This document shows positions 61,500 through 64,000 of a stretch of DNA of 64,000 nucleotides, in pieces. Source of the DNA: Azolla caroliniana (taxonomy: Eukaryota > Plantae > Polypodiophyta); the NCBI GenBank assembly GCA_043228905.1, contig JBHGNT010000018.1, positions 1,860,001 through 1,924,000 of the forward strand, given 5' to 3'. The notes beneath the pieces are model-generated. The model was not told where the DNA came from and did not search any database. It was given only the letters and a program-made list of their open reading frames with translations. Both the position numbers and the translations under genes were made by a program. The first letter of the stretch is position 1. The number at the start of each line of letters is the position of its first letter.

Positions 61500-62985
61500 C
61501 CGGAGGCCTCCGGTGACGCAATTGTCCCCCGCCATCTCTTCAAGCTTGCGCGATCTAGAGATCGTGCACCATCTTCGTCACCTCCTCTAGACTTGCGTCC
61601 TCGGATGGGCCTTTGACCACGTCGGTCGAAACCGTGCCCAACTCGAGCCACCTTCGTCTCTCTTCTGTCCATGTTGGACTAGGTATCTTTGGCTTCTTCC
61701 CAGCACCCGGGCTGGTCGTCGACGACCCCGCATCATTCCATTCTCGTCGTTTGTCAAAATGGCGACAAACCCTTTATCCATCTCCAATAGGACACCCACC
61801 TTTTCTCTGTCAAGTGGATCGACTGACTTGATAAACAATAGGACCTTGCTCGTGTCAAGCACGGTCTAGTCCAATGCCGAGAACCGAGCGAATCGTCTTT
61901 CAAACTCCTGGAGGAGCGTCGATGTGTTCCTTCCCTTTCAAGGGCTCTCAACCCACTCCATCAGCTTCCTCTTCGATAACCAGAGCAAGTCATCGAAACC
62001 GTATCTTTCAAGGATCCGCTCCTCGAACTCCGGCCAACTTCAGCAGTTGGCCTACATCTCGAGCACCTCTGTGTGGATGCTCGTCGTAACTACCCATGGA
62101 AATGCGGACAACCGTCTATCGTCCTCTACCACCCCTTTCACGTTGGGTTCACCAATGATGTCGCGGTATTCCGCGGGTATGTGTTGGAACGGGGAGGAAC
62201 CGTCGGGGTCTCGGACCAAGGAGCCGACAAGAGAAGAAAGGTTGTCTAGATCAGCCTCTTGACGACTTCACTGGAACATTATTTGGACGTGTAACCCTAT
62301 CCAGATCGATTCCCGGATGCCGGACGGTGAGCGCACGGGCTTAGAGACATATGTTGTTCCAAATTGGATGCCATATACCATCAATGAGCTCACGGGCTCA
62401 TGCTCCCGGAACCGCACTCTCAAACAGGAACATAGCAAGAATAAAGCACAGGGATGCCCAAACACACGGGAGAAGCAACAAACTAATGATTAATCAGAGG
62501 AAACAGGAAAGAAATACAACCGGACTCAATCGGCAAAAGAGCTTCGAGCTCTCTATACCGACACTCACATAGACACTGATACTAGTGGGCCTCTGGTCGG
62601 GAGCACTCGGGCTTCCTATGCGAGCAAAGGACTCCACAACACCGGACGGATACACGAACACAGCAAATCGACTACTTGGCTCTCAAACCGACATCACTTC
62701 GACCTCCCAAATCGTGGATCCTCTCCCTGTCTTCTCTCCCTCCTTCTATAGCTCAAGGAGAGAGCGAAGTCGTTACATCAGGCTGTTAAGACATCTGCTT
62801 TCCATCAAAGATTTCCCTCGATTCTCTCCACCTAAACCACTTTCTGTCCTCTTTACGCATGGGACATAAAGCGCCCCCTTTTCTACTCTACCTAGTTCTT
62901 TAAATGCTCTACATATATTTATATCTATTTGTACATAAGGTCATATTTGTGTGCATCCACACACACACCCGTTCCCGGAAATATC
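61500..62985 (-). mobile_element. Another old fragment of the Trp-primed gypsy lineage (deleted gag, PBS 62154-62137, LTR from 62159 to ~62985)
   Basis: LDTSKVLLFIKSVDPLDREKVG; PBS TGGTGAACCCAACGTGAA; LTR end TGTCGCGG on the + strand. Confidence 0.75.
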
Positions 62986-64000
62986 GTAGAAGAGTTAGAG
63001 CCGATTAATGTTGTCCTAAATAATTTGGCATGTGTGGTATCATTTAATATAATTAGTAGTCAGTCCAGAGCATCCAATTATTTTGGGGTTACCATGGTTC
63101 GAATTATACAATCCGAACATAGATTGGAGAACAAGAGAAATCAGGTATCGACAATCTCGAGAATCTACTCACAAGATTTCAACCATTTCACTACATCAAT
63201 TACGTGAGAAAGGACGCAAGGAATCAATGTTTGTATTCGTAGTATCAATGAAACCTTCCAACACTACTAAGGAGGAGTCAACAATTTAACTTCCAAGGAA
63301 GTACCATCATTATGCCAACGTTTTTGGTAAGGTAAAAGCTAGTACTCTTCCTCACTAACGATCGTGTGATTGTCCCATTGATTTACAACCAGGAAAAGAG
63401 CCACTATGGGGACTAATCTACAACTTGTCACCAACTGAGCTTGAAGTTCTTCGAGCCTACATAGAGGAAAATTTGGCAAACGGGTTCATTCGACGCACCT
63501 ATTTTCTTCGTCAACAAAAAAGATGGCTCACTTCATCTAGTCGTGGATTACCGTGGCTTGAATAAGGTCGCCATCAAGAATTGATATGCACTTCCCCTAT
63601 CTCAGATCTTTTAGAAAGGATTAATGGCACAAAGTTTTTCACAAAAATTGACTTACGAGGAGCATATAACCTCGTACGGATTCGACTAGGAGACAAATGG
63701 AAGACAACTTTCCGCATCCCATATGGACACTTCAAGTATATGATTATTCCATTCGGCCTCACCAATGCGCCAACAGTCTTACCAACACATGGAAAATGAT
63801 ATATTCTGAGATCTTTTGGACATCTGTTTGATCTACTTGGATGATCTAGTAGTTTATTCAAAGACACAGGAGGAGTATGATTTCTCATGTACTACTAGTA
63901 CTAAGACCACTACGAGAACATGGTCTTTATGCAAAGCTGGAAAAGTGTAGTTTTGACTGTAACCAGGTGGAATTTCTAGCTATGTCATCTCCTTAGAAGG
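62985..64000 (+). mobile_element. Decayed chromovirus-type (Tcn1-like) Ty3/gypsy protease-RT fragment running off the window
   Basis: ILGLPWFELYNPNIDW; [26 protein letters not shown]; [15 protein letters not shown]; [15 protein letters not shown]...[20 protein letters not shown]; YLDD. Confidence 0.82.

Overview
Eukaryotic, non-seed-plant-like genomic DNA (bryophyte/lycophyte/fern affinity is inferred from the TE lineages). The first ~13 kb hold two convergent spliced genes: the last six exons of a YacP/Rae1-like NYN ribonuclease gene (+, 594-3299) and a SNF4/SnRK1-beta-gamma CBS-domain gene (-, 5668-~12033) that appears to have lost its N-terminal carbohydrate-binding module. The remaining ~51 kb is a nested transposon island. 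It contains five copies or fragments of a fungal-like Ty3/gypsy lineage, four of them retaining a tRNA-Trp primer site. The three copies that keep the junction show a GGAUUUU-(stop)-pseudoknot -1 frameshift signal between gag-protease and RT. It also contains five Ty1/copia elements (one intact with apparently identical LTRs), three solo LTRs, two hAT-type MITEs, two inverted copies of an APE-RT LINE that each abut a (CT)n tract, a Tcn1-like gypsy fragment and a 100-N gap. All coordinates and alignments were read by eye; family names come from motif recall, not database searches.
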